Below the pieces are notes generated by a model, which saw only the letters and a program-made list of their open reading frames with translations, was not told the origin of the DNA and searched no databases. Positions 40,090 through 53,248 of a stretch of DNA of 64,000 bases are shown here, piece by piece. Both the position numbers and the translations under genes were made by a program. This DNA comes from Octopus vulgaris. Lineage: Eukaryota. Where the stretch lies: positions 50,282,001-50,346,000 of the forward strand of contig OX597817.1 in assembly GCA_951406725.2 (NCBI GenBank), written 5' to 3'. Each line of letters begins with the position of its first letter. Position 1 is the stretch's first letter.

Positions 40090-40810
40090 TTGACCATGAC
40101 AGACAAAGTTCTCATGGCAATATCTGCTCAGAGGCTACGTAAAGTTACGGAAAGTGTTTGGAGAGGAGTGCATGAGCCGCACACAAGTGTATGAGTGGTT
40201 CAGACGTTTTCAAGATGGCCGAAAAACTGTCGATATTAAAAAACGTTCTGGGAGGCCCACAACCAGCAGAATTGAGAAAAACATAAAACATCGCAGATGT
40301 GCGTTCAGCTGTGAAGGGAAATCGTCGAATCACCATCCGTGAGTTATCAGAGGGTGTGCAAATTCGTTACGGTTCAGTTCAGTCCATTATCGCTGAAGAT
40401 TGGGGCATGAGACGCATGTCTGCCATGTTTGTGCCCAAACTGCTTTCAACTGACCAAAAAGTCACTCAGATTTCAGTTGCACAAGATCTCCTTGATTGTG
40501 ACGAGAACGATGAAAACTTTTTTAAAACTTCGCGTAGGCCTCCGAGCAGGTATCGCCAAGCTTTTGGCAAAATTTGATGTAGATTCTCTGCTCAACTTTC
40601 TCTGTCATGGTCATCTGTCATGCAGCGATAACATGCTACATAGCTTCCTTCCAAGCACTGTTGTAAACAGCGGAAGTGAGCTAGAACGTTAGCACTTAGT
40701 GCGCATGCACAGCAGAGTTTAAGGTCAATTTGTGCTGAGCGGCTTTACTCTGTGTGCTTTAGCTTCATTACTATGGGAACATTCCGGATACTTATTGATC
40801 AGATCACGTG
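40090..40810 (+). mobile_element. Mariner deletion derivative with inverted duplicate of its 5' end
   Basis: Plus strand VFGEECMSRTQVYEWFRRFQDGR...RSGRP, NRRITIRELSE, FVPKLL; from about 40528 the minus strand reads MTEKVEQRIYIKFCQKLGDTCSEAYAK; mariner-like TIR ccggatacttattgatcagatcacg. Confidence 0.85.
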
Positions 40811-41084
40811 CATATATGACGTCACCATCATGTAGATCATCATGTAGACATACAGTCGTACCTTGATTCAATCTTCACATTTACCCGATGTTGGACAGCA
40901 GAACGATCTTATTGATGAAAGATATGCTAAACCAAATGGTCATGTCAGACGATATTTCCGTCGCCTTAACGTTTTCGAAATGTTCACTTCTGATAACAGA
41001 TCCTAGCGTTTAGCTCTTAAAAAAGTTTTACAGTTTAAGAGCTAAACGTTTGCCTCACCAGCAGGAAAATGAGAGCTAATAGTG

Positions 41085-41468
41085 GTGCTCCGTCAGCTAC
41101 GACGACGAAAGTTCCAGTTGGTCCGATCAACGGAACAACCTGCTCATGAAATTAACGTGCAAGTGGCTGAGCACTCCACAGTCGCGTGTACCCTTAACGT
41201 AGTTCTCGGGGAGATTCCGCGTGGCACAGAGTGTGTCAAGGCTGGCCCTTTGAAATACAGGAAATACAGAAAAACAGAAATAGGAAGACAGAGTGAGAGA
41301 AAGTTGTGGTGAAAAAGCACAGCAGGATTCGCCACCACCCACTGCAGGAGCCTTGTGAATCTTTAGGTGTTTTCGTTCCATAAACACTCACAACGCCCGG
41401 TCTAGGAATCGAAACCGCGATCCTACGACTGCGAGTCCACTGCCCTAACTACTGGGCCATTTCGCCCC
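41085..41468 (-). mobile_element. Chimeric SINE: family C head joined to family D tail
   Basis: 41285-41468 matches 21405-21590 reversed; 41085-41260 matches 21884-22060. Confidence 0.8.
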
Positions 41469-41769
41469 CACTGTGAGAGATAATAAGCAAAAAAGAGACA
41501 GTCTTTCTTGAGTGGTTATTATATTGCCTCAGTTCTGTCGATATCTCTTTTGAATTCATCCTGCTGCCTTCTTTTGTGTATACACCTAAATGTTTGCAAT
41601 TTTTCTTTCTGACAAAACCAGAAAAAGTTGTATTTCCTTTTTCTCCACCTGACATATAATCTTTTACACATTTATTTGTTTCAGTCATAAAACTGCAGCC
41701 ATGTTGGTACAATGCCCTGAAGAATTATTATCGTCGACATTGTTCTCAGCACTTCTCATTAATCATTCT

Positions 41770-42190
41770 TTTCTTTATTCTTTTACTTGTTTCAATCATT
41801 TGACTGTGGCCATGCTGGAGCACCGCCTTTAGTCGAGCAAATCGACCCCAGGACTTATTCTTTGAAAGTCTAGTACTTATTCTATCGATCTCTTTTGCCG
41901 AACCGCTAAGTTACGGGGACATAAACACGGCAGCATCGGTTGTCAAGCGATGTTGGGGCGACAAACACACACACACGCACACACACACACACACACATAT
42001 ATATATGTATAGATATACATATATACGACGGGCTTCTTCTTTATGTTTCCGCCTACCAAATCCACTCACAAGGCTTTGGTCGGCCCGAGGCTATAGTAGA
42101 AAACACTTGCCCAAGGTGCCACGCAGTGGGAATGATCCCGGAACCATGTGGTTGGTAAGCAAGCTACGTACCACACAGCCACCCCTACGC
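41770..42190 (-). mobile_element. SINE family B
   Basis: Full reverse-complement copy. Confidence 0.9.
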
Positions 42191-42779
42191 ACCAAAACTA
42201 TTTTGTAACAAACATATTTAATTTTCCTCCACTGTTACATTTTCATTACTTTAATATTTTATGTTGACATGATTATCGCCATCACTGTTGTAGCTACTCG
42301 TGTAATTTTCACATGTATCGACTTTTTATTTTCATTTGTATAACGTTTTTATGTTCTTCAAATGACGTTGATTATGTTAATATGATCGGAGTTGGTGATA
42401 AAACTGCTGGGTTTATTTTGAGAAGCGTTATCGTACATAAAATATTTAATTCTCTGTTTAACCCTCTTTAAAAAATAAAGCTAAGCACTACAACCTTGAG
42501 GTTAGTAGTCATCGCTACAATATATAAAACTGGTGGCCTTTCTCTTTTGAAAATCAAAACTAAGCATCCACAATATGGAATGGCGTTATTAACTTTTATC
42601 TCCCTACAAGTCGAGCAGTCTGGTTAGAGGAGCGTATATGTTGATATTCTATTGAGAAGTAGTGGTATGATAGAGCGATCATGTTCTCTAACATAGTTCT
42701 GAGCGCTGGTCTTTTCTGGATGATTTTTCAGCCATGAATCTATCACTAAAGAAATGTGGCCTTTCCTACTTAATAATGG

Positions 42780-42990
42780 ACTCGTCAGCAATAGATAGAT
42801 ACACTTTACACGCGACAATTACTTTTTGTAGAAAGAACTGCCGAAGTAAATAATGCTCGGGCACAGAACATGTGAAGGACAGTATCATCATCTGCTCGTA
42901 TTTCATGTATGTCCACCTAACTTTTGAATCTTTAGAGTTTATCACAAATGGAAAAATTCTCCCACGAGCACTGCCAGGCTAGGAATTTCA
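42780..42990 (-). pseudogene. Possible decayed L1/Tx1 ORF2 C-terminal (zf-RVT-like) fragment
   Basis: Minus strand reads LAWQCS...ICDKL and DDDTVLHMFC with stops and frameshifts. Confidence 0.3.
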
Positions 42991-43403
42991 TAGCTATTCA
43001 TAATCACTTCGCTGAAGAATCCTCCGAAATAGACCAGTCATTTGATACTCCTCAGCAGCGTTTAGATTTTGTCTGAAGATTTCGTTTTCCTCAACACTAA
43101 CCTTTTATACTAAAAGTCGTCAACCACTGCGCTACCGACCATTTGGGTCATTTCGTACCGGGACGCATAGAAAGAATAAATGTTTAGAATTTTATTCCTC
43201 TTTTATTGACTATAGCAATCTAGAGGGTGTTTTTGATTTATATCTGCCTTATATACGTAATAATTATAAATTATATATTATATATATACACTTTTTTTTA
43301 CATTTTGGCGTTCATTTTACCTCTTTGTCGTAAGGCGATTTGACGTCTATTTCTAGCGTATAGGATTCCAGTTTAGTGGTCATTCTTCTTATCAATTATA
43401 TAC

Positions 43404-43459
<56 letters not shown>

Positions 43460-44613
43460 TATATATTATACACTTCATTGTCTTTTGTTATGCTTGTGGT
43501 CTTCCGGTCTGTGGAGAAATTGTCTTGCCTGAAACCATCTGTGGTGGAGAAAATGTCTGGAAATCTTTGTTCTATACAAAACCAGCATGGAGATATCACC
43601 TAACGCATTGTTTGTCTCGCAGAGAGCTATACGTGCATGGGACAGTAGCAGGATGCTATATACTTAATTTTGGATTTCACTTTGGTTTGAAATGGAGATC
43701 TTCAATGGAGTCTACTGATAACCTATAATAACGGTACTAAGATTGTAAAGGACAAAGACGGCTATGGTGTGATTTTAACTTAGAACATAATGGATTTTAA
43801 CTTAGAACTATATGCCGCAAAATATGTTATCCGACACTCTCCCAATTGCGGAAAATCTACATTCCTCTTATAACCTTATATTTTCTCCATGCTTCAGTCA
43901 TTGAAATGCAACCATACTAGAGTACCACACTGGAGAATTTTAGTCGAACAAATCGACTCCATTACTTACTCCAACGGTTTTTTCCCCGAAACCGGTTTGG
44001 TTGTCAAGACACACATATACATAAATATACACACATCCATACGATGGGATCCTTTCAATTTCCCTCTACTAATTTCACCCTGGAAACTTTGTTCATCAGC
44101 TACCCAAAGTATCACGCAGCGACGCATAACCCGAAATTGTATGGTTGGGAAGCAAGCTTCTTACCACACAGCCATTTCTGCGTCTGCAGAAATAATCCAA
44201 ATTACAGATAAAACTTATTAACTGCACAATAGTTTCTGATGTTAATTCACTGCCAAAGATCCGTAGATGTGCGTATTTATGATAATTCTGAGGGAGGTGT
44301 TAATGTTCCAGCTATTGCAGTTATTAAATTTACTGCACCAAGAGCAAAATTCTGAGCATAGAAACAAATATAATTTTCCATTACATCATTGTATCGGCGA
44401 CTGTGAATAGCTACTCCCAACCCGATTTATTTACTCATGAATAAAATCGCACATTCATGTATACACACAATCACACATTCTGACAAACAAACAAACAAAC
44501 AAACAAACGTATATATTTTAACGTTTGTAAATTCTATTAGTCATTCCACCGCGGACAAAACAAGGTATCATGTATATATACATACATACATACATACATA
44601 TATATATGTACAT

Positions 44614-45023
44614 AGGCGCAGGAGTGGCTGTGTGGTAAGTAGCTTGCTTACCAACCACATAGTTCCGGGTTCAGTCCTACTGCGTGGCACCTTGGACAAG
44701 CGTCTTGTACTATAGCCTCGGGCTGACCAAAACCTTGTGATTGGATTTGGTAGACACAAACTGAAAGAAGCCCGTCGTATATATATATATTTCTTTACTA
44801 CCCACAAGGGGCTAAACACAGAGAGGACAAACAAGGACAGACAAAGGGATTAAGTCGATTACATCGACCCCCAGTGTGCAACTGGTACTTAATTAATCGG
44901 CCCCGAAAGGATGAAAGGCAAAGTCGACCTCGGCGGAATTTGAACTCAGAACGTAACGGCAGACGAAATACGGCCTCGCATTTCGCCCGGCGTGCTAACA
45001 TTTCTGCCAGCTGCCAGCTCGCC

Positions 45024-45064
<41 letters not shown>

Positions 45065-45300
45065 CGTGTATGGGTGCATGCGTGTGTGTGTGTGTATGTG
45101 TTTGTGTTTGTCAACCACTCCCATCTCTTGACAACCGATGTTTGTGCGTTACGTCACTGTAACTTAGCGGTTCGGCAAAAGTGACTGATAGAATAACTAC
45201 TAGGCTTACAAAGAATAAGTCCTGGAGTCGATTTGATCGACTAGAGGCGGTGCTCTAGCATGGCCACAGTTAAATGACTGAAACAAGTAACAGAATAAAA
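44614..45300 (+). mobile_element. SINE family B with a minus-strand SINE A (44788-45023) inserted in its (TA)n; a second diverged B tail follows to about 45500
   Basis: Head, nested reverse-complement family A, resumed microsatellite and tail. Confidence 0.88.
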
Positions 45301-45791
45301 GAATGTGTGTTTGTGTGTGTGTGTCCTACCACAACTTGGCCACCGGTGTTGGTGTGTTTACGTCACCGTAACTTAGCGGTTCGGCAAAAGACAGCCGCTA
45401 GAATTGTTACCAGATTTAGAAGAAAGATAAATCGAGGCAACAATTCATTCGACTACAATTGTTCCAGGCGGTGCCCCAGCACGGGCGAGGCCAATGACAA
45501 ATAAATAAATAAATAAAATAAATAAATAAAAGATAAAGGCAAGGACTTTCCTCGTGAAATAACTTTAAAAATTATTAATTGTTCTGATACACCAGCGAAA
45601 TATTCTGCTGATATATATTTCGAATATTCTCATTAATTTGTTTTACAGATATTGATTTCTCAGTCATTTTTTTTTTCCTTTCTGCTGTTTTTAGAACCAA
45701 ATTGTATTTTATAACATGAAGAATATTTCATACCGTCTATCGTCAATATAAATTATATCATTATTTAAGTGTATGTGTGCGTCTTTATCTC

Positions 45792-45972
<181 letters not shown>

Positions 45973-46654
45973 GTATAAAATGCAAATGTATATTTGTGTG
46001 TCTCCCCCCATATACATCATCGTACACGAGATCGTGATGGTTGCTAAGTGACGTCAGAAAGAAAGCAACATTTGCGGATAGTCATATCTCCCCTGTAAAA
46101 ATACTATATATAATTTTAAAAAGTGTTCTTGTTATATACATATTATTTAAGAAAACAGTTAAATCTGCGCCGACAAATTATAATGCGAGTTCACACAGGG
46201 AAATATATTTTACGCCGTGAAAAAGGGCAGAAGGCTGACGTTTCGAGCAGAATAATTTGTCGGGTTGTGAGAAAAAGGCAACTAATTTTGGTGAAAAAGT
46301 TATCGAGATTAGTTAAATGAGAACAAACTGTCACAATACGTTGAATATTACAGGAAGAATGAATATTAAAGGAAAATATGGAAGACAATGAATATTAAAA
46401 GAAGAGATGGAAGTCGTATCATGTGTTTGTGAAAGGAAAAAAAAAACGAATCGCTTTGAACTAGAGATATGTATAAAAAGGAAAAAAAACAAAAGCCAAT
46501 ACATACGAAAAATGTGTGCAAAAAGGGAAAATGTAATGACCTGGAAATACATGTTACGTAGTGATTTTGAAGAAGAACAACGGAGAAGGAGATTAAAGTA
46601 ATCTATACTCGTATCTGTTGTAAAAAGAACATAATCTATGCATATGTATGTGTG

Positions 46655-46732
<78 letters not shown>

Positions 46733-46745
46733 TACATATATATAC

Positions 46746-46825
<80 letters not shown>

Positions 46826-47044
46826 GACTGAAGCAAGTAAAAGCTAAAAACAACTTTAATACAAAGTAAACAATATACAAGATATTAAACAATGTATACA
46901 TAATTATGCGTATGTGTGTGTGTGGGTGTTGTATGTATGTATATCAGTCAATAGGTGCAGGCGTGGTTGTGAGGTAAGAAGTTTGCTTCTTGGCCGCATT
47001 GTTCTGGGTTCAGTTTCCAAGTGCGTGGCATGTCGACCACGTGC

Positions 47045-47089
<45 letters not shown>

Positions 47090-47102
47090 CGTATGTGTGT
47101 GT

Positions 47103-47173
47103 ACAGGGTGCAGTGAATAAACAGTCGTCTAAATTACTCAAAAATGAAAATAACACTGCTCTCTAATTCTAAC

Positions 47174-47226
<53 letters not shown>

Positions 47227-47640
47227 CCCAAAATGCAGAAAAGTATCTTGGAATGCTAAAGAGTAAATTTATTCGATAAAATCGCCATTGTCTTCAACCC
47301 CAGTCGCCAGATGACATCGGAATCTCCTGAAACTCTTCTGGACGGTTTCCTTGTTAAACTTTGTGAATGCTGCCATAATCCTTGCCTTTAGTTGATCCTT
47401 GGTTTTACAAAATGTTTTGTTGGTCCCTCGCTCAACTGCGCCCTGCACATGATAATCAAGGGCGTTGCAGTCTGGAGAGTTAGGTGGCCAGATGTGAGGA
47501 ATGATAGGATCACAGAAATTGCCTGACAACGGTTGACGGGTTATCCTGCTAGTGTGGCATGATGCAGAGTCCTTTTGTCAGACATAGGGTTTTGCAGCAG
47601 CCACATTTTGACCCAGGGCAGCAGTACCTCCTCCAGGCGC
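47103..47640 (-). mobile_element. Tc1/mariner (maT/DD37D-like) transposon 3' fragment with TIR
   Basis: WPPNSPDCNALDY...NGDFIE* C-terminus, upstream KDSASCHTS (xDxAxxH motif); terminus ta|cagggtgcagtgaataaa. Confidence 0.8.
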
Positions 47641-48420
47641 TTGTTGTTTTGTCTGTTTTATGTATGTATGTATGTATATGTGCATATTTGTATAGTTTGT
47701 TTTATGTGTCTTCTCATGCATATAGTTGTATATATAGACATGCTCATATATATTTAAATGATGTATGTATCTATGTATGTCTTTCTGTGTATGTATGCGT
47801 GTGTCCAAAGTAAACATGTGGCCTAGTGGTTAGAATGTGCAGTATCTGCGTGTAAGGTCGTGGGCTCGAATTCTGAACCAAGCAATGTAATGTGTCCTTG
47901 TGCAAAGTAACTTCGCTCTACGTTGCTTCATTCTACGTCTGCTCGTCTCTCTTTCTCCCGAGCTATCACATCATCGATGGGCCAAAGGTAGGAGCGTCCC
48001 GATGGCGTCTATGTCCGCTTATAAACTATCTAGACGCCTAAAATATTTACAAAAACGTGTTGGAAGCTAACTAGGTGGCCCTCGCTTGCTTTTGACAACT
48101 AAGCTTTCTAAGCAGCTTAGTAATTCATGTATTATTCATGCAAGACGGAAGTAGGATTTTGCATCTTTTTTTCTTTTCAAATAATCTTTGCAACAAAGAA
48201 TCTAATAAAACATTCATTACATTTTATATTTAATATTTGTGATATCTTTATTGATATTCAGTTTCTGATATTATGTGTCATCATTATAGCTGGTAAAGGA
48301 ATTCTAATGAAGGAAGGTCGACGACTATTTTTTACACGGAATGTCTATTAAAAAGTTTATTGTTTTGGACAAAATCCCGTATTATATGCCTTTCACATTC
48401 TAATGTGCTTAAAATAATGA

Positions 48421-48657
48421 ATACCTATTTCTTTACTACCCACAAGGAGTTAAACACAGAGAGGACAAACAAGGACAGACAAATGGATTAAGTCGATTAT
48501 ATCGACCCCAGTGCGTAAATGGTACTTAATTTATCGACCCCGAAAGGATGAAAGGCAAAGTCAACCTCGGCGGAATTTGAACTCAGAACGTAGCGGCAGA
48601 CGAAATACCGCTAAGCATTTCGCCCGGCGCGCTAACGTTTCTGCCAGCTCGCCGCCT
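48421..48657 (-). mobile_element. SINE family A monomer with TSD
   Basis: Flanked by aaataatg[a/g]atac on both sides. Confidence 0.9.
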
Positions 48658-50644
48658 TTAAATAATGGATACTTCGGCGTGATTTTGATCATCAAATGGC
48701 ATATACTGTTTCGGTCAGATAGACCTAAGCTGGAACTTTTGATCTTAAATATAGGAAGCGGAAAAGCATACATATGCCAGAATTTGTTGAGGTTTACAAA
48801 GTTAGAAGTAATTTAGTCCTAACATATGGGGCAGCGAGAACCAATATGAAAGATTATGTACATTTATATTTCAGACGTCTTTACATACTAGAACACGAAT
48901 CGGTTTAACTGCGGTATTTTGTCTTTTTATAAAAGTTACTGTATTTTTGTAGTTTGTTATATATATTTGAAAAGTAGTTCAGGTATCTACCACGGAAGAG
49001 GCGAAAACACGCAGAAACACTGTGTCTCCTGGTCTCCTGATGTCACGTGGAGCTCGGTTCTAAGTCTATATGAATTTTGGAATAAAATTCCTCAACGAAT
49101 GCCTTTTGCATTGACCCTATCTGCTACGTCTGCTTCTGATAAATATGTGTATGTGCGCGTATGTGCATGTGCGTCAGTATACATTTCTGTGCTTGTGTAT
49201 GTAAATGTACATTACGTAAGCATATGTATATGTGTGCCTGTGAGTGTGCATGAACCTAACCGTAAGTGTTTGTACGCATTTATTTTTTTTATGTATCTAT
49301 GCACAGCCCGAAATATATGTTTTCCTCGAGTATAAAGAAAATGTCGCCTCCGCAGTTAACTCGTCAAGCAACAAAGAAATCTCAGATCGTCGTTCGACGG
49401 ATAGAAAAATCACCCAGTTTTCTCTTAAATCATATGTTGCTTCAAAACAAAGAGACTTATCAATCACGGCGGTGATGCTTTTGATCGTAGGTCTGTGAAT
49501 TACATTTGACTCACTAGAAATATCGACGGATGAGCTCAAACATTTTAAACTAAATAACTTATCATGTAGGTTACAAAATATATTATATATTGCCATCGCT
49601 CATATTTACATACTTTAACTTCCGTGAACGCTGCAAACATGCAGACTCGCTAATACATTGAATGAAATGATTGTTGCTCCTTACGCTCTGAGTTCAAATT
49701 CCGCGATGTTTGACTTTGCCTTTTATCCTTCCGGGGTCGATAAAATAAAAGCTAACTGAGCACTTTGGTCGACTCAATTGACTTACCGCTTCCACTCGAA
49801 ACTTTTGGCCTTGTGCTAAAATTCGTAAGAATATTATATCCTCCATTATAGAGAGGTGTGTATTGGCGAATTCGTTAGACAAAATGCATTGCAATATTTA
49901 GTTACAGTTATTTGCGTTTTGATTTCAAATCGCTCTAAGATCGGCTTTGCATTTTATCCTCCTCAGATCAGAAAATAGCGTGACATTTGAGCATTGAAGT
50001 TGATTTGATCGACTAACCCATGATATCCTCGAGTAACATATCTCAAAGAATGAAAAAATATCGGATAGACTGCCCGTAGCATAGGAAAAGGGATAAAATA
50101 AGACTGGCGAAAGCTCAAGGAGAAAAGCTCGTCAGTGTTACACCAATATGCCAAACCAGAACATAAGGGCTCGATAGAGGATATACAAACTAACGTCCTA
50201 TCCACACATAGAACTGATACAGCACTCAGATTATGGAGACCACAGTCATAATGGAAAATAGACCGAACCGCAACAGAAAACACGAATTCCGCCATTAACA
50301 AACGTAAAGACTGAAAACAGAATAAGGCCAAAAAGAACAAATAATCATTGAGTAGGGTCACAGAACGTGTGGCAAAAAAAACTTGACGGTTGCACAATAA
50401 AAACGAACTTGATATCTCGTGGCTTCGAATCAAAAGTCTTAACCACAGGGCGTCTAAACTTTTGAGAGAAAAATGTATCTTTCCTCACCAAGAACATATT
50501 AATTTCTTTTTGACACCCTCCATTGGTCAATTATGCCAATGAAAACTGAGTTTAAGATCAATCATAGTGTGCCTAGAATACAGATGAAATTTGTGTATCT
50601 AGCGGAAATATTAATAGCGGATTTCAGTCTATATGCCACTCCTT

Positions 50645-51060
50645 AAGGCGGCGAGCTGGCAGAAAAGTTAGCACGCCGGGTGAAATGCTTAGCGGTATTT
50701 CGTCTGCCGCTACGTTCTGAGTTCAAATTCCGCCGAGGTCGACTTTGCCTTTCATCCTTTCGGGGTCGATAAATTAAGTACCATTTACGCACTGGGGTCG
50801 ATGTAATTGACTCAATCCGTCTGTCTGTCCTTGTTTGTCCTCTCTGTGTTTAGCCGCTTGTGGGTAGTAAAGAAATAGGTATTTCGTCTGTCGTTAAGTT
50901 CTGAGTTCAAATTCCGCCGAGGTCGACTTTGCCTTTCATCCTTTCGGGGTCGATAAATAAAGTACCAGTTTCGCACTGGGGTCGATGTAATCGACTTAAT
51001 CCGTTTGTCCGTCCTTGTTTGTCCCCTCTAATTTAGCCCCTTGTGGGCAGTAAAGAAATA
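50645..51060 (+). mobile_element. SINE family A dimer with 15-bp TSD
   Basis: TSD tatatgccactcctt at 50630-50644 and 51061-51075. Confidence 0.92.
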
Positions 51061-51569
51061 TATATGCCACTCCTTTTTATTGCATTTAGATATACTAGCA
51101 TATTCCTGAAATTTTAAATGCATTCTAAATATTTATTGCAAAATTTTGACGTTCATAACCTTATAATAACATTACTGACGTAAGCAAAATTTGAAACAGG
51201 TCGTACATTCGATTAATTCTTACACGCTTCATGTCGACAGTCACTAGTTTGTCTCTTAATTTTTTATACTAATTTTATTAAAATGGTGTAACGAAATTTT
51301 AGTACCTTTTCAAACCGTATATACTGAATAATTTATTCGCGTACAACCTCATAGATTGTGGACTTACACTACTTTATGTTTGTTGTATTTATGAGCAGGT
51401 TATAATATTCTGCATCGTACCGTTCCCATGAATTTTGAAGAAACAAACCAAATTGCCCAATACGTCACAAATGTGCGGCCGTTGAACTTGCTAGAAATAT
51501 AAGCCAACTCTATCTGAAACTTTCCAGCCGTCTTAAATAAGAAGTCATTGAATAATATAGGCCGAGTAC

Positions 51570-51920
51570 CCACCCAACCACATGGTTACGGGTTCAGTCC
51601 CACTGCGTGGCACCTTGTGCAAGTGTCTTCTACTATAGCCTGGGACCGACCAAAGCCTTGTGAGTGGATTTGATAGACGGAAACTGAAGGAAGCCCGTCG
51701 TATATATGTGTGTGTGTGTTTATTTGTCTGTGTTGTCCCCCCCCCCCCTACAATCACTTGACAACTGATGTTGGCGTATTTATATTCACGTAACATAGTG
51801 GTTCGGCAAAAGAGACCGATAGAATAAGTATTAGGCTTACAAATCCAGTGAGTCGATTTCTTCGACTAAAAGGCGATGCTCCAGCTTGGCCGCAGTCAAA
51901 TGACTGAAACAAATAAAAGA
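51570..51920 (+). mobile_element. SINE family B, slightly 5'-truncated
   Basis: ccaaccacatggttacgggttcagtcccactgcg through aaatgactgaaacaaataaaaga. Confidence 0.88.
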
Positions 51921-51939
51921 ATATATATATATCTATATA

Positions 51940-52095
51940 CTAGCAGTATCGCCCGGCGTTGCTCGGGTTTGTAAGGGAAATAACTATATAAGCATTTTTA
52001 GAGAGTTATAGCAAAAAAAGGCATTAAAAATGGAATAAAAAATGATGATAATTTTTTTTTAAATCGTTGACTCAGTTGACTCAGTTTTATATATA
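51940..52095 (-). mobile_element. Internally deleted non-autonomous Helitron, inverted relative to neighbours
   Basis: Reverse complement ends cccgagcaacgccgggcgatactgCTAG and begins atatataaaactg. Confidence 0.8.
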
Positions 52096-52614
52096 TCTAT
52101 ATATATATAAAACTGTAGTTGTGTGAGTGTCTGTCTCCTACGATTTAGATTCCTAACTCCTCCCACATTTTGCGGTGCAGTTTAACCAAATTCGGGTATC
52201 TTATAGTCGTGATTAATATTGAGCCCGTCTAGCTATTAACGCGCGTCTACGATGAGTCTACGATTTTAAAAATAATTTAACATCATTTTTTATTCCATTT
52301 TAATGCATAATTTTTCGTGTGTCGATGGCGGCGGAGTTGGCGTCCACGCTCAAACACCTGCACCTGTGTTTGCTTCTCCCCCTTCTTCCCTCCCTCGTGA
52401 AGCTGTGGGGAAGGGAGTTTAAGGAAATCAACGTCGTAATGCGTTGTCAAGGAGACCAGCGTTCTTTTAGAACAACGACTTCATGGCTTGATGACACCAA
52501 AACAGAAATGGCTAAGAAAGCCCGAATTGGCATCTATAAAGGAAGTAACTCTCTAAAAATGCTTATATAGTTATTTCCCTTACAAACCCGAGCAACGCCG
52601 GGCGATACTGCTAG
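52096..52614 (+). mobile_element. Non-autonomous Helitron, tandem unit 1
   Basis: 5' TCtatatatatataaaactg; 3' hairpin cccgagcaacgccggg then CTAG followed by T. Confidence 0.88.
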
Positions 52615-53128
52615 TATAGATATAAAACTGTAGTTGTGTGAGTGTCTGTCTCCTACGATTTAGATTCCTAACTCCTCCCACATTTTGCGGTGCAGTTTAA
52701 CCAAATTCGGGTATCGTATAGTCGTGATTAATATCGAGCCCGTCTGGCTATTAGCGCGCGTCTACGATGAGTCTACGATTTTTAAAATAATTTAACATCA
52801 TTTTTTATTCCATTTTAATGCATAATTTTTCGTGTGTCGATGGCGGCAGAGTTGGCGTCCACGCTCAAACACCTGCACCTGTGTTGCTTCTCTCCCTTTT
52901 TCCCTCCCTCGTGAAGCTGTGGGGAAGGGAGTGTAAGGAAATTAAAGTCGTAATGCGTTGTCAAGGAGACCAGCGTTCTTTTAGAACAACGACTTCATGG
53001 CTTGAAGACACCAAAACAGAAATGGCTAAGAAAGCCCGAATTGACATCTATAAAGGAAGTAACTCTCTAAAAATGCTTATATAGTTATTTCCCTTACAAA
53101 CCCGAACAACGCCGGGCGATACTGCTAG
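52615..53128 (+). mobile_element. Non-autonomous Helitron, tandem unit 2
   Basis: Near-identical head-to-tail copy of unit 1 ending gatactgCTAG. Confidence 0.88.
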
Positions 53129-53144
53129 TATATATATAAAGCTA

Positions 53145-53248
53145 GAGGCTATAGTAGAAGACACTTGTCCAAGGCGACACGCAGTGCGACTGAACCCGGA
53201 ACCATGTGGTTGAGAAGCATACTTCTTACCACACAGCCACACCTGCGC
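53145..53248 (-). mobile_element. SINE family B head
   Basis: gaggctatagtagaagacacttg...ccacacagccacacctgcgc. Confidence 0.8.

Noticed and set aside
50050-50530. Possible RTE LINE C-terminal remnant on the plus strand
   Set aside because: Only faint GH...VA...GR resemblance across frameshifts
52319-53084. Duplicated 83-88 aa ORFs as tandem genes
   Set aside because: Lie inside non-autonomous Helitron units, start in different frames and show no recognisable domain
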